Virus record (IMG/VR): IMGVR_UViG_3300025849_000049
Span: 1 to 52,931 of that record
Length of the DNA stretch: 52,931 bases
From: a virus
Taxonomy: Duplodnaviria; Caudoviricetes
Strand: one strand, 5' to 3'
This document shows, one piece after another, positions 37,679 to 46,427 of this stretch. Within the stretch, counting starts at the first letter, position 1. Every line of letters starts with the position of its first letter. The notes beneath the pieces are model-generated. The model was not told the DNA's origin. It saw only the letters and a program-made list of their open reading frames with translations, and did not search any database. The position numbers were made by a program, and so were the translations under genes.

Positions 37679-39588
37679 GTCAGGTCAACAACCTCGCAAC
37701 CATCCGAACTACAGGCCAATGTTTGTGCGCCTGATGTGTTGTCTTCCATCTCGTACTCAGAGAGCTTAGCCCAATCAATCTTCTTGGGCATCTTAGCAGC
37801 AGCTTCCTTGTAGGTAGCCTTGTCACAGTCCTGATAGGGAGCTTGTGCATAGGTGTGGTCGCTGTGTGGCAGAAAGGATACACCAGAGCAGATGTCAAAG
37901 TTATCGAACACCCAAGCACCTACGTTCATCCACTCCTCGTCTCGCACCGTAATGGTAACGGATGGCTTATGCTCACACCACTCCAATGCGTAGGTCTTCC
38001 ATAGCTCCAGCTGCTCGATGGCAGTCATGTCGTTACGTGTTACCGCATTGTCAGGTGACTTGGTCGGGAAGCTAAACACCGTGGTGCTGTCAGGCTTCAT
38101 AACACAAGGCTCAGCTGGGATGCCTGCGTCTGTAAGGAACTGTGTTAGCGGGTCTTTGTTATCACCCCGTACAGTTCGGATATAATATTCGCTATGACGT
38201 GCATGAATGCCAGAAGCGCTATCAACAAGCTGCGACACAGTACCTGAAGGCTTAACACAAGTGATGGCCGCAGATGCACTAATTCCAAACTGCTCAGCAT
38301 AATCCCTGTTTGTTTGTACAGCAGTGTCACGAAGCTTGTTAAGTACTTTCTTAGATGGGTTGCTAGTAATTTCATTGTCCATAATACCTGTCAGGCTTAC
38401 ACCCAACAGCCTTTCTTCTTCTGTGTTCTTACGCCAGATAGGACGAAGATACGGCATATCTGTAAACGTAGATTGAATTGTTCCAAGTATAGAGGCAAGA
38501 CGTACTTTGTTTGCCAGTGTTTTCTCAGTGTCGGTTGGCCGCACCACAACCTCAGTCAGGTTGCAGAACTGATAAGGCCGCAGGATAATCTCACTGCACG
38601 GGTTAGTCCCCCACTCCTTGCCTGTTTCACGGCGACCATTGCGCTTGACGTGTTCGTCTGCAGCGATTCGGCTAAAGATACCACGCTCACCAGACTTGGA
38701 CTCGACCAAGGACAACCACTCACGCATGAATGTTTCCATATCAGGCTTGTCGGTGTAGGCTACAGAGTTATTAGCCAAGGCACGTTGCCCTTCGTTTTCC
38801 CACCATTGACCAGACTTAGCGTGACGCATACGGTCATCCGACAGGTTAGACAAACTAATCATAGCGGAGCGGCGTACACCACCTACTACAACTACCTCGC
38901 CAATCTTACACATGATGTCGTGGCACTCAACGCTGTTAAGCTTACGCCCTGCTGCGCCTTTGAACTTGGCTACAACAAAGTTGAACAGGTCGTTCAGGGG
39001 GTCAGGCCCAGAGGCACGGCCACCAAATGTCTTGAGGCGTTCACCTGCTGCACGAATCTTGGACAAGTCCCACTTAGGCACGTCCCCTGTGTACAGGCCG
39101 CTGACTACTTTGCGTAGTGCCTTAGCCCAGCCTTCCTTGCTGTCTTGCACAACGATAAGGTCTTCGCTATCTCTGATGTCTTCTGGTACTACAGGGAGCT
39201 TGCTGATGGCCTGACGCTCAACAGAGAAGCCTACACCTGTACCACACAGCAAGATAAACATGGCCTCGTCAAAGGCACGAGGGTGGTCAACAGGCAGGTA
39301 ACTACAGTTGTATACACATGTGTTGTCACGCTCAGCAGCTGGGCCTGCAGTCATCAAGGCTCGCATAGAAGGCATGACCTCTAGGTTAAGGATGGCATCC
39401 TCAAGCTCGTTAAGCGTCTTGCCCTCTAGGTCTGATGGACGTACGATGTTGTCAATGAAACGGCCTACGGTTTCACCCCAGGTTTCCCTGCGTCCCTCGT
39501 CATCTAGCCAACGGGCATATCGTGACGTTGCAATGAATGTCTGGTAGTCCGATGGTAGGTAATTAGTCAATGTATTTTGGTTCGTCAT
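37675..39588 (-). CDS. nrdJ: Class II (cobalamin-dependent) ribonucleotide reductase
   Basis: PSMRAL, GGVRRSA, TNPCSE, CNLTE, VKPSGT, C-terminal Cys pair; no beta subunit gene seen. Confidence 0.92.
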   Translation of the reverse strand: MTNQNTLTNYLPSDYQTFIATSRYARWLDDEGRRETWGETVGRFIDNIVRPSDLEGKTLNELEDAILNLEVMPSMRALMTAGPAAERDNTCVYNCSYLPVDHPRAFDEAMFILLCGTGVGFSVERQAISKLPVVPEDIRDSEDLIVVQDSKEGWAKALRKVVSGLYTGDVPKWDLSKIRAAGERLKTFGGRASGPDPLNDLFNFVVAKFKGAAGRKLNSVECHDIMCKIGEVVVVGGVRRSAMISLSNLSDDRMRHAKSGQWWENEGQRALANNSVAYTDKPDMETFMREWLSLVESKSGERGIFSRIAADEHVKRNGRRETGKEWGTNPCSEIILRPYQFCNLTEVVVRPTDTEKTLANKVRLASILGTIQSTFTDMPYLRPIWRKNTEEERLLGVSLTGIMDNEITSNPSKKVLNKLRDTAVQTNRDYAEQFGISASAAITCVKPSGTVSQLVDSASGIHARHSEYYIRTVRGDNKDPLTQFLTDAGIPAEPCVMKPDSTTVFSFPTKSPDNAVTRNDMTAIEQLELWKTYALEWCEHKPSVTITVRDEEWMNVGAWVFDNFDICSGVSFLPHSDHTYAQAPYQDCDKATYKEAAAKMPKKIDWAKLSEYEMEDNTSGAQTLACSSDGCEVVDLT

Positions 39589-40240
39589 TTGTGCGAAGCT
39601 CCTCTCCTGTTAGCTCTTTCCAGCTGTATTTAAAATCATATCGTGCAGCCTCTTGGCTTATTAAGTCTGCAATGTATCTCGTCTCTGCTTGCGATGTCTT
39701 GTCCAGCCTCTGGTTAACGACACGAGAGAAGGCGTACAGTGAGCCAGACCAGTACCATTCTGTGTACATGTTCTGTGGCAGCACCATACGTGCCATCTCT
39801 GGGGCAATGCCCACACTTAGCATACGTTCATACTCTGCAATGGCAGAGCGTGTGTATGAGCCAATGTGATAGTCTATAGTTTCATCTGAGCTACCCTGCT
39901 TCACGTTGTCTGCCTTAGTCCGCCACGCCTTTGGTGTGAAGAACTTGGGTGTAGCGTCCACATAGCGGCGGCTGACTTCATTCCAAGCCAAGCCCACTTG
40001 GTGTTTCACTAGCTGTCGTGCGACAAAGAGGGGAGCCTCAATACGAAACTGTAAGAAGCAGTGTGAGAACGGCGACCAGTGCTTGTGTTTAGCTAGGTAC
40101 TTGATAAGACGTTGGTCTTCTTGGGACAAGTCCTGATGGTTTCCGTTCTGTACTCGTTGTGATTCCTTGTTAAAAGAAACACGGGCAGCGTTGACAACTG
40201 TCAGGTCGCTACCCATATGGTCAATTAATTTTACTTGCAT
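39563..40240 (-). CDS. thyX: Flavin-dependent thymidylate synthase
   Basis: VNAARVS, HWSPF, RQLVKHQ...NEVSRRY, PEMARMVLP. Confidence 0.93.
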   Translation of the reverse strand: MQVKLIDHMGSDLTVVNAARVSFNKESQRVQNGNHQDLSQEDQRLIKYLAKHKHWSPFSHCFLQFRIEAPLFVARQLVKHQVGLAWNEVSRRYVDATPKFFTPKAWRTKADNVKQGSSDETIDYHIGSYTRSAIAEYERMLSVGIAPEMARMVLPQNMYTEWYWSGSLYAFSRVVNQRLDKTSQAETRYIADLISQEAARYDFKYSWKELTGEELRTNDEPKYID

Positions 40241-40260
40241 AGTCGAAGACTCCAATTATA

Positions 40261-40539
40261 CTACATAGTTTCTAGTGAGGCAATGAGCTTATTCAAATAC
40301 CATTGCGCTTTTTTCAAATCTTCCACAGGCTTGCCCTTGTAGTTGTAACGCCACATGTATTTCATTGCGTTACCCTTGCAGTAGCCTTGGAACTCCTCGT
40401 CAGACATGCTTGCCTCAATAGCGTCAATTGCTTCAACGCCCTTGCTGTTGTAGTGTGACGGGCTGTTTACTGGGTCGTCTGGTACCTGTGTGTAACCAAA
40501 CTTAGTGTCCAAGGATTGCGTTAATTCTTTTTCTGACAT
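40261..40539 (-). CDS. DUF3310 protein (T7 gp1.7-like)
   Basis: DPVNSPSHY...EAIDAI...GNAMKYMWR...EDLKKAQWYL. Confidence 0.85.
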   Translation of the reverse strand: MSEKELTQSLDTKFGYTQVPDDPVNSPSHYNSKGVEAIDAIEASMSDEEFQGYCKGNAMKYMWRYNYKGKPVEDLKKAQWYLNKLIASLETM

Positions 40540-40846
40540 AGTCAATCTCTCCTGTTTGCAAAACTTTGTAAGCAAAGTCTCTCATATAATCGGCGTCTAC
40601 TCCTGCATTGATACACACCTCTTCAAAGTCCTGTGCTGTTGTACCTACTGATGCGAAGAACCAAGCCGATGCTCTGTCCCTGTCTATTCTTGCAGTGGCT
40701 GGCTCACCTTCGTAAGCTGGCTTAGCTGCATCGAGTAACGCTTGAAGAATAACACACAAGAACAATGTACGTTCTGGTGAGGATTCGTCTGGGCGAAACT
40801 CGTCCAAGTGAATTGTTATCTTACTACCTTGCATCCTGTTTGTCAA
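40502..40846 (-). CDS. Hypothetical protein
   Basis: ERTLF..VILQALLDA...WFF...DFEEVC motif; fits the operon. Confidence 0.7.
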   Translation of the reverse strand: MTNRMQGSKITIHLDEFRPDESSPERTLFLCVILQALLDAAKPAYEGEPATARIDRDRASAWFFASVGTTAQDFEEVCINAGVDADYMRDFAYKVLQTGEIDYVRKRINAILGH

Positions 40847-41228
40847 GCCACGATTGCGGAATGCCCTCTTTTAATTTGCAGTACATGTAACCGTGCTTGT
40901 CACACCAATCTGCATAGGTCATCTTGCCGCCCTTGTATAACTTGCGGGTAGGATTATCAAAGACAAATCGGATGTCAAGGTCAGGGTGCTGCGACTTAAC
41001 GAACAGGTGTTTCTTCCTGTCCTCAATCATAAAGCGTCCCTTCACCTCAAGGATAACTCCGTTGGGCAAGAAGAAGTCTGGGATGTAGTTCTTATCCTCA
41101 CGCCATTCATAGGCCAGCTTCTCTTGCTCATACACAAACTTAATCTTTTGCTTGTGTAGCTGCTGTGCAGCCTCATACTCAGAGTTTGATTTGTATTCGT
41201 GGTCGTACTTCTTTCTTTTGAATCTCAT
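40824..41228 (-). CDS. T7 endonuclease I-like resolvase
   Basis: YIPDF.LPNG..LEVKGRF...DIRFVF...YADWC. Confidence 0.9.
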   Translation of the reverse strand: MRFKRKKYDHEYKSNSEYEAAQQLHKQKIKFVYEQEKLAYEWREDKNYIPDFFLPNGVILEVKGRFMIEDRKKHLFVKSQHPDLDIRFVFDNPTRKLYKGGKMTYADWCDKHGYMYCKLKEGIPQSWLDKQDAR

Positions 41229-42085
41229 TACACCTGTACTTCCTCAACGTCTGGGGTCTTTGCCACAGTTGCGAGGTAACGTACTCCGTTAGAATATTTG
41301 AATGCTCTCAGACCCTGGCCACCATTGGCATCAGCCCAGCATTTCTTTTTAAATGAGCAGAAGACACAGCCAATAGCAAGCTTACGATTGCCTGACTTGC
41401 CATCTGCTATGGTATCATAACAACGAGCAGGCGCTGCGTCCTTAGTCACCATGTCCTTCAGATAACTTACTCGTGAGGGTGCATCAATCATTTCCATGTC
41501 ATGTACTGGTAAGATGCAAAGCTCACTGCTGTTCTTGTCGATTGCAAAGAAGGCTGCTTCTTTACGATTGTTCTTCGTGGCATAGGCACTAATCTGTGCA
41601 ATGTAACCGAAGGGGTCGTCGTCTGTAAGCCGTGCCTCTTTAAACTTCTTGAATGCGAATGAGGAAGCAGACTTAATATCCACAAGCACATCGTCAATCA
41701 CGCAGTCTTGGTGGCCTAGTACGCCCTCTACCATTACCTCGTCCTGTGCTTCTGTTACTGTGTGGCCTGCTGCCTTGGTAAGACAAATCAGGAGAGCCTC
41801 AAGGACATGTCCCATAAGGAACTTAATCTTAGTCTGCCCATTGATTGACTCTCCCTCTTCGCCTTGTACTCCGTACCAAATCTGACGGTCTGGCTTACCG
41901 ATTGAAGACAAGCGTAGGTTTGATGCACCTTTACGCTGACCTTCACGGAGTATGGTTTCGACTGCCTCTCGCACAAGGCCGCCGACTTCTTCTAATGCCT
42001 CTGCAACGTGAGGCAGTGTGACATCGACACCCTGTTCGAGCGTCTCGTAGATGTCTGGAATCAGTGTGTCTAATGTCTTTGTCAT
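41228..42085 (-). CDS. PD-(D/E)xK (Cas4-like) exonuclease
   Basis: LRLSSIG, GHQD, VDIKS, YIAQISAY, CVFCSFKKKC. Confidence 0.8.
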   Translation of the reverse strand: MTKTLDTLIPDIYETLEQGVDVTLPHVAEALEEVGGLVREAVETILREGQRKGASNLRLSSIGKPDRQIWYGVQGEEGESINGQTKIKFLMGHVLEALLICLTKAAGHTVTEAQDEVMVEGVLGHQDCVIDDVLVDIKSASSFAFKKFKEARLTDDDPFGYIAQISAYATKNNRKEAAFFAIDKNSSELCILPVHDMEMIDAPSRVSYLKDMVTKDAAPARCYDTIADGKSGNRKLAIGCVFCSFKKKCWADANGGQGLRAFKYSNGVRYLATVAKTPDVEEVQV

Positions 42086-42088
42086 GTG

Positions 42089-42232
42089 TTACTCCTTAAG
42101 TTTTGTTAGTAGTTCGGCCTGTAGTTCCGCATACTTTCTAAATGAGCGCAGCTCGAAGTAGGTAAACGCAACAAAGACTGAGATTAATATAAAGTGTAGT
42201 GTGAGTAGTGTGTCTGTTAGTTCTTCAATCAT
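42089..42232 (-). CDS. Unannotated 47-aa single-TM protein
   Basis: MIEELTDTLLTLHFILISVFVAFTYFELRSFRKYAELQAELLTKLKE; AAGGA SD. Confidence 0.65.
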   Translation of the reverse strand: MIEELTDTLLTLHFILISVFVAFTYFELRSFRKYAELQAELLTKLKE

Positions 42233-42300
42233 TAACTATCCTTAAGTTATCTAGCGACGAGGGGATTCTTTTACATCGACCCCTCGATTCTAAAGCAATG

Positions 42301-42933
42301 TTAGCTTTGTTTTTTAATAACTCTACCTTTACGGTAGCCAGTTGGAATTGTATCATAGCGCATAATTCTTAAGCTGTCAACCCCATTTGTTATCCACATA
42401 GTGCCGTACATTGAGTTGCCGCTTCCTGCTTGGTGCTTAGAGTTGGCTTTTCCTATCAGCTTCTTAGAACACTCCTTGTGTTTTCTTCCCTTCCATATTC
42501 CGTCAGGAAATTTGTTTTTAATAGCTTCTTTTCCTTTCAGGGAAATCTTTACAAAGTGTTCTTTTGGAAAACTCTTTCCAACTTTACTGGCTGCTTTTGC
42601 TTGGCTGAGCTTAGATTTTTCAGGCCAGTCTTCGTATCTTGCCCTTAGACTGTTCTCGTTAATATAATCCCAACCGCCCAGTCCACCTTCATGTAAGTTG
42701 TATGGTGGGTTTAATTCTGCTATTAATTCTTTTTCCTTCTCAAACATTTCTTGGGGTGAGGGGAAGACAAAAAGAATATCTTTAATAAAGTTGTCTTCCC
42801 CATACTTTGTAACAGCACGTTTTATAACTGTACCAGACCCCATATAGTTATCCTGTGGGTTCTTTGTTTTGTGACAACCAATATAAAATTTACCGTTTTG
42901 TTTATTGGTTATTTTGTAGACAGTGTATAACAT
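42301..42933 (-). mobile_element. Free-standing GIY-YIG homing endonuclease (Seg-like)
   Basis: TVYKITN..NGKFYIG.H...YMGSG; NUMOD3-like GRKHKECSKKLI; AT-rich relative to flanks. Confidence 0.88.
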
Positions 42934-42950
42934 GTTGTTACCCCCTGATG

Positions 42951-43024
42951 CGAACGCAGCAGGATTTGAACCTGCGACCTACAGCTTAGAAGGCTGTTGC
43001 TCTATCCAGCTGAGCTATGCGTCC
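42951..43024 (-). tRNA. tRNA-Arg (anticodon UCU)
   Basis: GGACGCA/TGCGTTC acceptor, GCTC/GAGC D arm, ACAGC-CTTCTAA-GCTGT, GCAGG-TTCAAAT-CCTGC; CCA not encoded. Confidence 0.95.
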
Positions 43025-43221
43025 TACTTTTTCTTTGCTGCCTTACGAATACGTTGTACCTTGTGGGCAATATATTCTTCTTCGTCCGCAAAGAAGTTAT
43101 GCAGACCCTTGAAGAAGCGTAGCTGTACAGCCTTGAGGAAGCGTCCTCGTGGCATAGCCCAGCCAAGTACAAGCCCTGCAAGGCCAGCATATACGACAAC
43201 TAATAGTGGTGCAATTTCCAT
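43024..43221 (-). CDS. Small membrane protein
   Basis: Start moved to 43221 (AGGAG SD); N-terminal TM and basic tail. Confidence 0.65.
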   Translation of the reverse strand: MEIAPLLVVVYAGLAGLVLGWAMPRGRFLKAVQLRFFKGLHNFFADEEEYIAHKVQRIRKAAKKK

Positions 43222-43315
43222 AATAATCTCCTGATAAAGGTGATGGAGTCCCCGTCCCGTATCCATCTTCAGCTGCCAAATATCTGAGTGCAGCCCCCGT
43301 GCTTACTCCTTTTAC

Positions 43316-43777
43316 TTAGAAAGGAATCTCGTCGCTTGCCATGTCCTGAATAGGAGCAGCAGCAGTTTCGATTACGTCAAAGTCTTCAGCACCGCCACCA
43401 GCATATGCAACAAGGTTAACTACTTGAACCTTCTTGAGTAGTGGGGATACACCAGACTTGCCATTCATCTCCCAAGCAAACGGTGTATACATTACGTTAC
43501 ATACACTGCCGTTGCCTACAAGCTGTTCGAATGGTTGCTTCTGTGCATCCATAACTTCAGGTGCTTCGTTGGTTGAGCCATCACGGCGGGTTGTTTTCTG
43601 ACGAATGTGTACAAAGTCTCCACGCTCGTCGCCTTTATTCTTGATAGTAAGTCCATCTGCTTCGATGGCTTTGCGGTTGTTGTCATCCACAAGCAAGTCC
43701 AAACCCCACTCTGGTTCGTACGTTGTGTTCGGCTGTTGAATAGATGCCCAATAAACTTTACCTGATACTACTGTCAT
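43316..43777 (-). CDS. Single-stranded DNA-binding protein (T7 gp2.5-like)
   Basis: VGNGS.CNV, VQVVNL, acidic tail ending DEIPF. Confidence 0.85.
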   Translation of the reverse strand: MTVVSGKVYWASIQQPNTTYEPEWGLDLLVDDNNRKAIEADGLTIKNKGDERGDFVHIRQKTTRRDGSTNEAPEVMDAQKQPFEQLVGNGSVCNVMYTPFAWEMNGKSGVSPLLKKVQVVNLVAYAGGGAEDFDVIETAAAPIQDMASDEIPF

Positions 43778-43848
43778 AATTTAATTCTCCGTTTTGGATT
43801 CCGTTTGGCTTCCGTTTCGCTAAGCATTATTGCCGTTGCGATGATTGT

Positions 43849-43877
43849 ATAATGCCACACCCTGAATAGAATGTCAA
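43849..43877 (-). promoter_or_regulatory. Sigma70-type promoter for the SSB operon
   Basis: TTGACA-N17-CATTAT with a TG extension. Confidence 0.65.
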
Positions 43878-43891
43878 CATTTATTTTCACT

Positions 43892-45544
43892 TTAGTGGGT
43901 GTCAGACCAAGATAAGCCAGTCTTATACTCACAATCTAGGGGGCAATTAACCTTGAGGGATTCCTCTGTAAGCTTCATTGCCTCCTTAGTAATAGCACCG
44001 AAGGCTTCTTCCTGTCCCTTACGTACCTCGAATTGGTATTCGTCATGTACACTTGCAACAAGGTTGAAGTCCAGCTTTGCTTTAGTGGCTAGGATAATAA
44101 TAAACTTAAGCCATTCCTTACATACAATTGCACCAGCACCTTGCAATAGCAGGTTGAGTGCAGCATGTTTGTTTCGTATGGTAAGGACACGACCATCCAA
44201 GCCAATGAGATAACCTCTGCCAGACAACTTGTCTACCTTAGAGCGTAGTGCTTTCAAGGCAGGCATGTTGTTTAAGAAGTTATCAATCAGACGCTGACCA
44301 TCCTTGGCTGTGCCATTGACGACCTGTCCAATCTTACCAGCACCAGCACCATACAAGAAGGCATAGATAAATGTCTTTGCGTTGTCCCTTGTAGGTAGCC
44401 CTGCTGCTGTTTGGTTAGCGGTATGAACATCACCCTCTACAACTTCCTTGGTGTAGGCTTCGTCGTTCATGTAGTGTGCTAACATCCGTAGCTCAAGTCC
44501 TGATGCGTCAGTACCCAGCAGTGTGTAGTCGTCACTAGATACTTTCCACAATGCCCTGCACTCCTTACCATAGGGTGAGTAGACAGCAGGAACCTGTGCC
44601 ATGTTGGGTGACGAGTGAGACATACGACCAGTGATTGTACCCAGCGTCATAACCCTGCCGTGTACCCTGTCGTTCTCGTCTGCTACAGCAATCCAAGATT
44701 TAATCTGGGACACACGCTTCTCAAGCGTAAGGTATGTAGCAATCAACTGAGCTTGGGGGATGTCGATTTTCTCAAGAATCTCTTCACCGACAATCGGCTG
44801 TCCCTTCTCAGTAAACTTCTTAGGCTTCCAACCCAAGTTCATAAGGCGTTGTGCAATCTGTTGGCGTGAGCCTGGGTTGAACACAGTAACCTTATCCTTT
44901 AATCTTTTACCTGTCTTCTCAGATACTCTAATCTCTGTAATAGGTTTAAAGACTTCGTGAAGTTCTTCTCTAAGTTTGTGAGACTTATCTGATAGCTTTG
45001 CAACTAGCAGGCTTGCCTCCTTCACGTCAAGTGTGAAGCCGTTCTGTTCTTGCTTGTCAACCACTGCACGAATCTGATGCTCAAGCTTAATGCTACGAGC
45101 AGAGAAGCCCTTGAGTGTAGGGACAAGAGCCTTATACACCTTAGCTGTTAGGTCTACATCCCTGATGCAATACTTAAGCATCTCGTCTGTGTAACCTGAG
45201 AAGTCGTGGAAGTCTATCTTCCCGAAGCCAAGTGTCTTACCCCAAGCGTCAAGTGAATGACCACCGTCTCGCACTGGGCTGGCAAGCTGCGACATGATAA
45301 GTGTGTCACGTATCTTAGCCAGTGGTATCTCCACACCAAGCAATCTCTTGAGGACAGGGGCATCAAAGGACACTCCGTTGTGCATGATAACAATGTCTGC
45401 ACTCTCAATAAGATTCTTGGCGTGGTGAACATGGTCTGGTTTGTAAGTGTAGATGCGGTCTTCGTCGATGTCCTTAGCTACAATACAATAAATAGTAGTA
45501 GCATCTAGGCTGTCTGTTTCAATGTCTACTACTAATCTTTTCAT
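43892..45544 (-). CDS. polA: Family A DNA polymerase with 3'-5' exonuclease
   Basis: DIET, HNGVSFD, DASGLELR, RDNAKTFIYAFLYG, VHDE. Confidence 0.96.
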   Translation of the reverse strand: MKRLVVDIETDSLDATTIYCIVAKDIDEDRIYTYKPDHVHHAKNLIESADIVIMHNGVSFDAPVLKRLLGVEIPLAKIRDTLIMSQLASPVRDGGHSLDAWGKTLGFGKIDFHDFSGYTDEMLKYCIRDVDLTAKVYKALVPTLKGFSARSIKLEHQIRAVVDKQEQNGFTLDVKEASLLVAKLSDKSHKLREELHEVFKPITEIRVSEKTGKRLKDKVTVFNPGSRQQIAQRLMNLGWKPKKFTEKGQPIVGEEILEKIDIPQAQLIATYLTLEKRVSQIKSWIAVADENDRVHGRVMTLGTITGRMSHSSPNMAQVPAVYSPYGKECRALWKVSSDDYTLLGTDASGLELRMLAHYMNDEAYTKEVVEGDVHTANQTAAGLPTRDNAKTFIYAFLYGAGAGKIGQVVNGTAKDGQRLIDNFLNNMPALKALRSKVDKLSGRGYLIGLDGRVLTIRNKHAALNLLLQGAGAIVCKEWLKFIIILATKAKLDFNLVASVHDEYQFEVRKGQEEAFGAITKEAMKLTEESLKVNCPLDCEYKTGLSWSDTH

Positions 45545-46005
45545 ACTTCAATTAACTCCGCTTCTTGATAAGGTACGTGGAAGAACTGTTCACCCTGTAG
45601 GATGCGTCCACCTTGTGCTTCTTTAACTACTGACTTAGATGCTGTGTCACCACTGATACGCCACGCTGCTTTCATGTCAGGTCGTATGATGTAGAAGTGT
45701 AAGACACCCTTGTCTGCTACTGCATTAATAAGTTTATGTTTGCGGTAAGGTATTCGTATCTCTTTCCAATTAGGATTCCAATCACCTTTCCATCCATACT
45801 TTATCTCCGCCTCGTTGAAGAACTTATTATAATCCAACTCGCTTTTGATGTCAACAGAAAAATCTTCTGTCGTGTCTAAAATTGTATGGCCTTGTGTGGA
45901 TAAGTAATCAACCACCCATTGCTTGGCCTTGTTGTCTGAGCGTTCATATCTCTCTCGTGAGAAGGGAATGTTTACGCTGCCTACGATTGGTTTAAGTTGT
46001 TCCAT
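45541..46005 (-). CDS. Hypothetical protein, possibly PD-(D/E)xK fold
   Basis: VD...EAEIK pattern; IRIPYRK. Confidence 0.6.
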   Translation of the reverse strand: MEQLKPIVGSVNIPFSRERYERSDNKAKQWVVDYLSTQGHTILDTTEDFSVDIKSELDYNKFFNEAEIKYGWKGDWNPNWKEIRIPYRKHKLINAVADKGVLHFYIIRPDMKAAWRISGDTASKSVVKEAQGGRILQGEQFFHVPYQEAELIEV

Positions 46006-46426
46006 TTTCTATTTCCTCCAGATACTTAAGTGCTTTTGAAAGGCTTTCTTTGGTGTCTCCAAGCGCCCCCAATCCTGTGTTACATGTGGTACACAATATA
46101 CCTCGAACATCACCTGAGTCATGGCAGTGGTCAACACATGCTTTCTTTACAACCTCAGAGTGTTTATCGCTAGGTAGCTTTAGCTTTACCTCACATATCT
46201 TACACCTTTCTTTCTGCCTCTTGAACATAGTGAGGATGGTGTAGTAGCTAACTCCATATGTTTTTTGGTAGTACTTATCAAGTTTAATTTTCCTAGTACA
46301 GTCACCACACATCGGCCACCCTCGCTTTGTGAGGTTCCATGTTTCTTTAGTGCATCTACTACATTTCCTCATTTTTATATACCTAACTAAATGTCTGTGT
46401 AACTCTTGAAGCTGCCTGTAATACAT
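45992..46426 (-). CDS. Endonuclease VII-family (His-Me) nuclease, possibly homing
   Basis: CKIC...VDHCHDSGDVRGILCTTCNTGLG. Confidence 0.85.
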   Translation of the reverse strand: MYYRQLQELHRHLVRYIKMRKCSRCTKETWNLTKRGWPMCGDCTRKIKLDKYYQKTYGVSYYTILTMFKRQKERCKICEVKLKLPSDKHSEVVKKACVDHCHDSGDVRGILCTTCNTGLGALGDTKESLSKALKYLEEIENGTT

Positions 46427-46427
46427 A

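Noticed and set aside
38314-39117. 267-aa plus-strand ORF and other antisense ORFs in the track
   Set aside because: Shadows of well-supported genes; no recognisable motifs
41228-42085. Cas4 as part of a CRISPR system
   Set aside because: No array or other cas genes; standard replication-module exonuclease
42301-42933. Group I intron around the GIY-YIG gene
   Set aside because: Flanking genes and tRNA are intact, and the spacers are too short for an intron core
43240-43310. tmRNA fragment (GGGGCTG start)
   Set aside because: No T-arm, CCA end or tag reading frame
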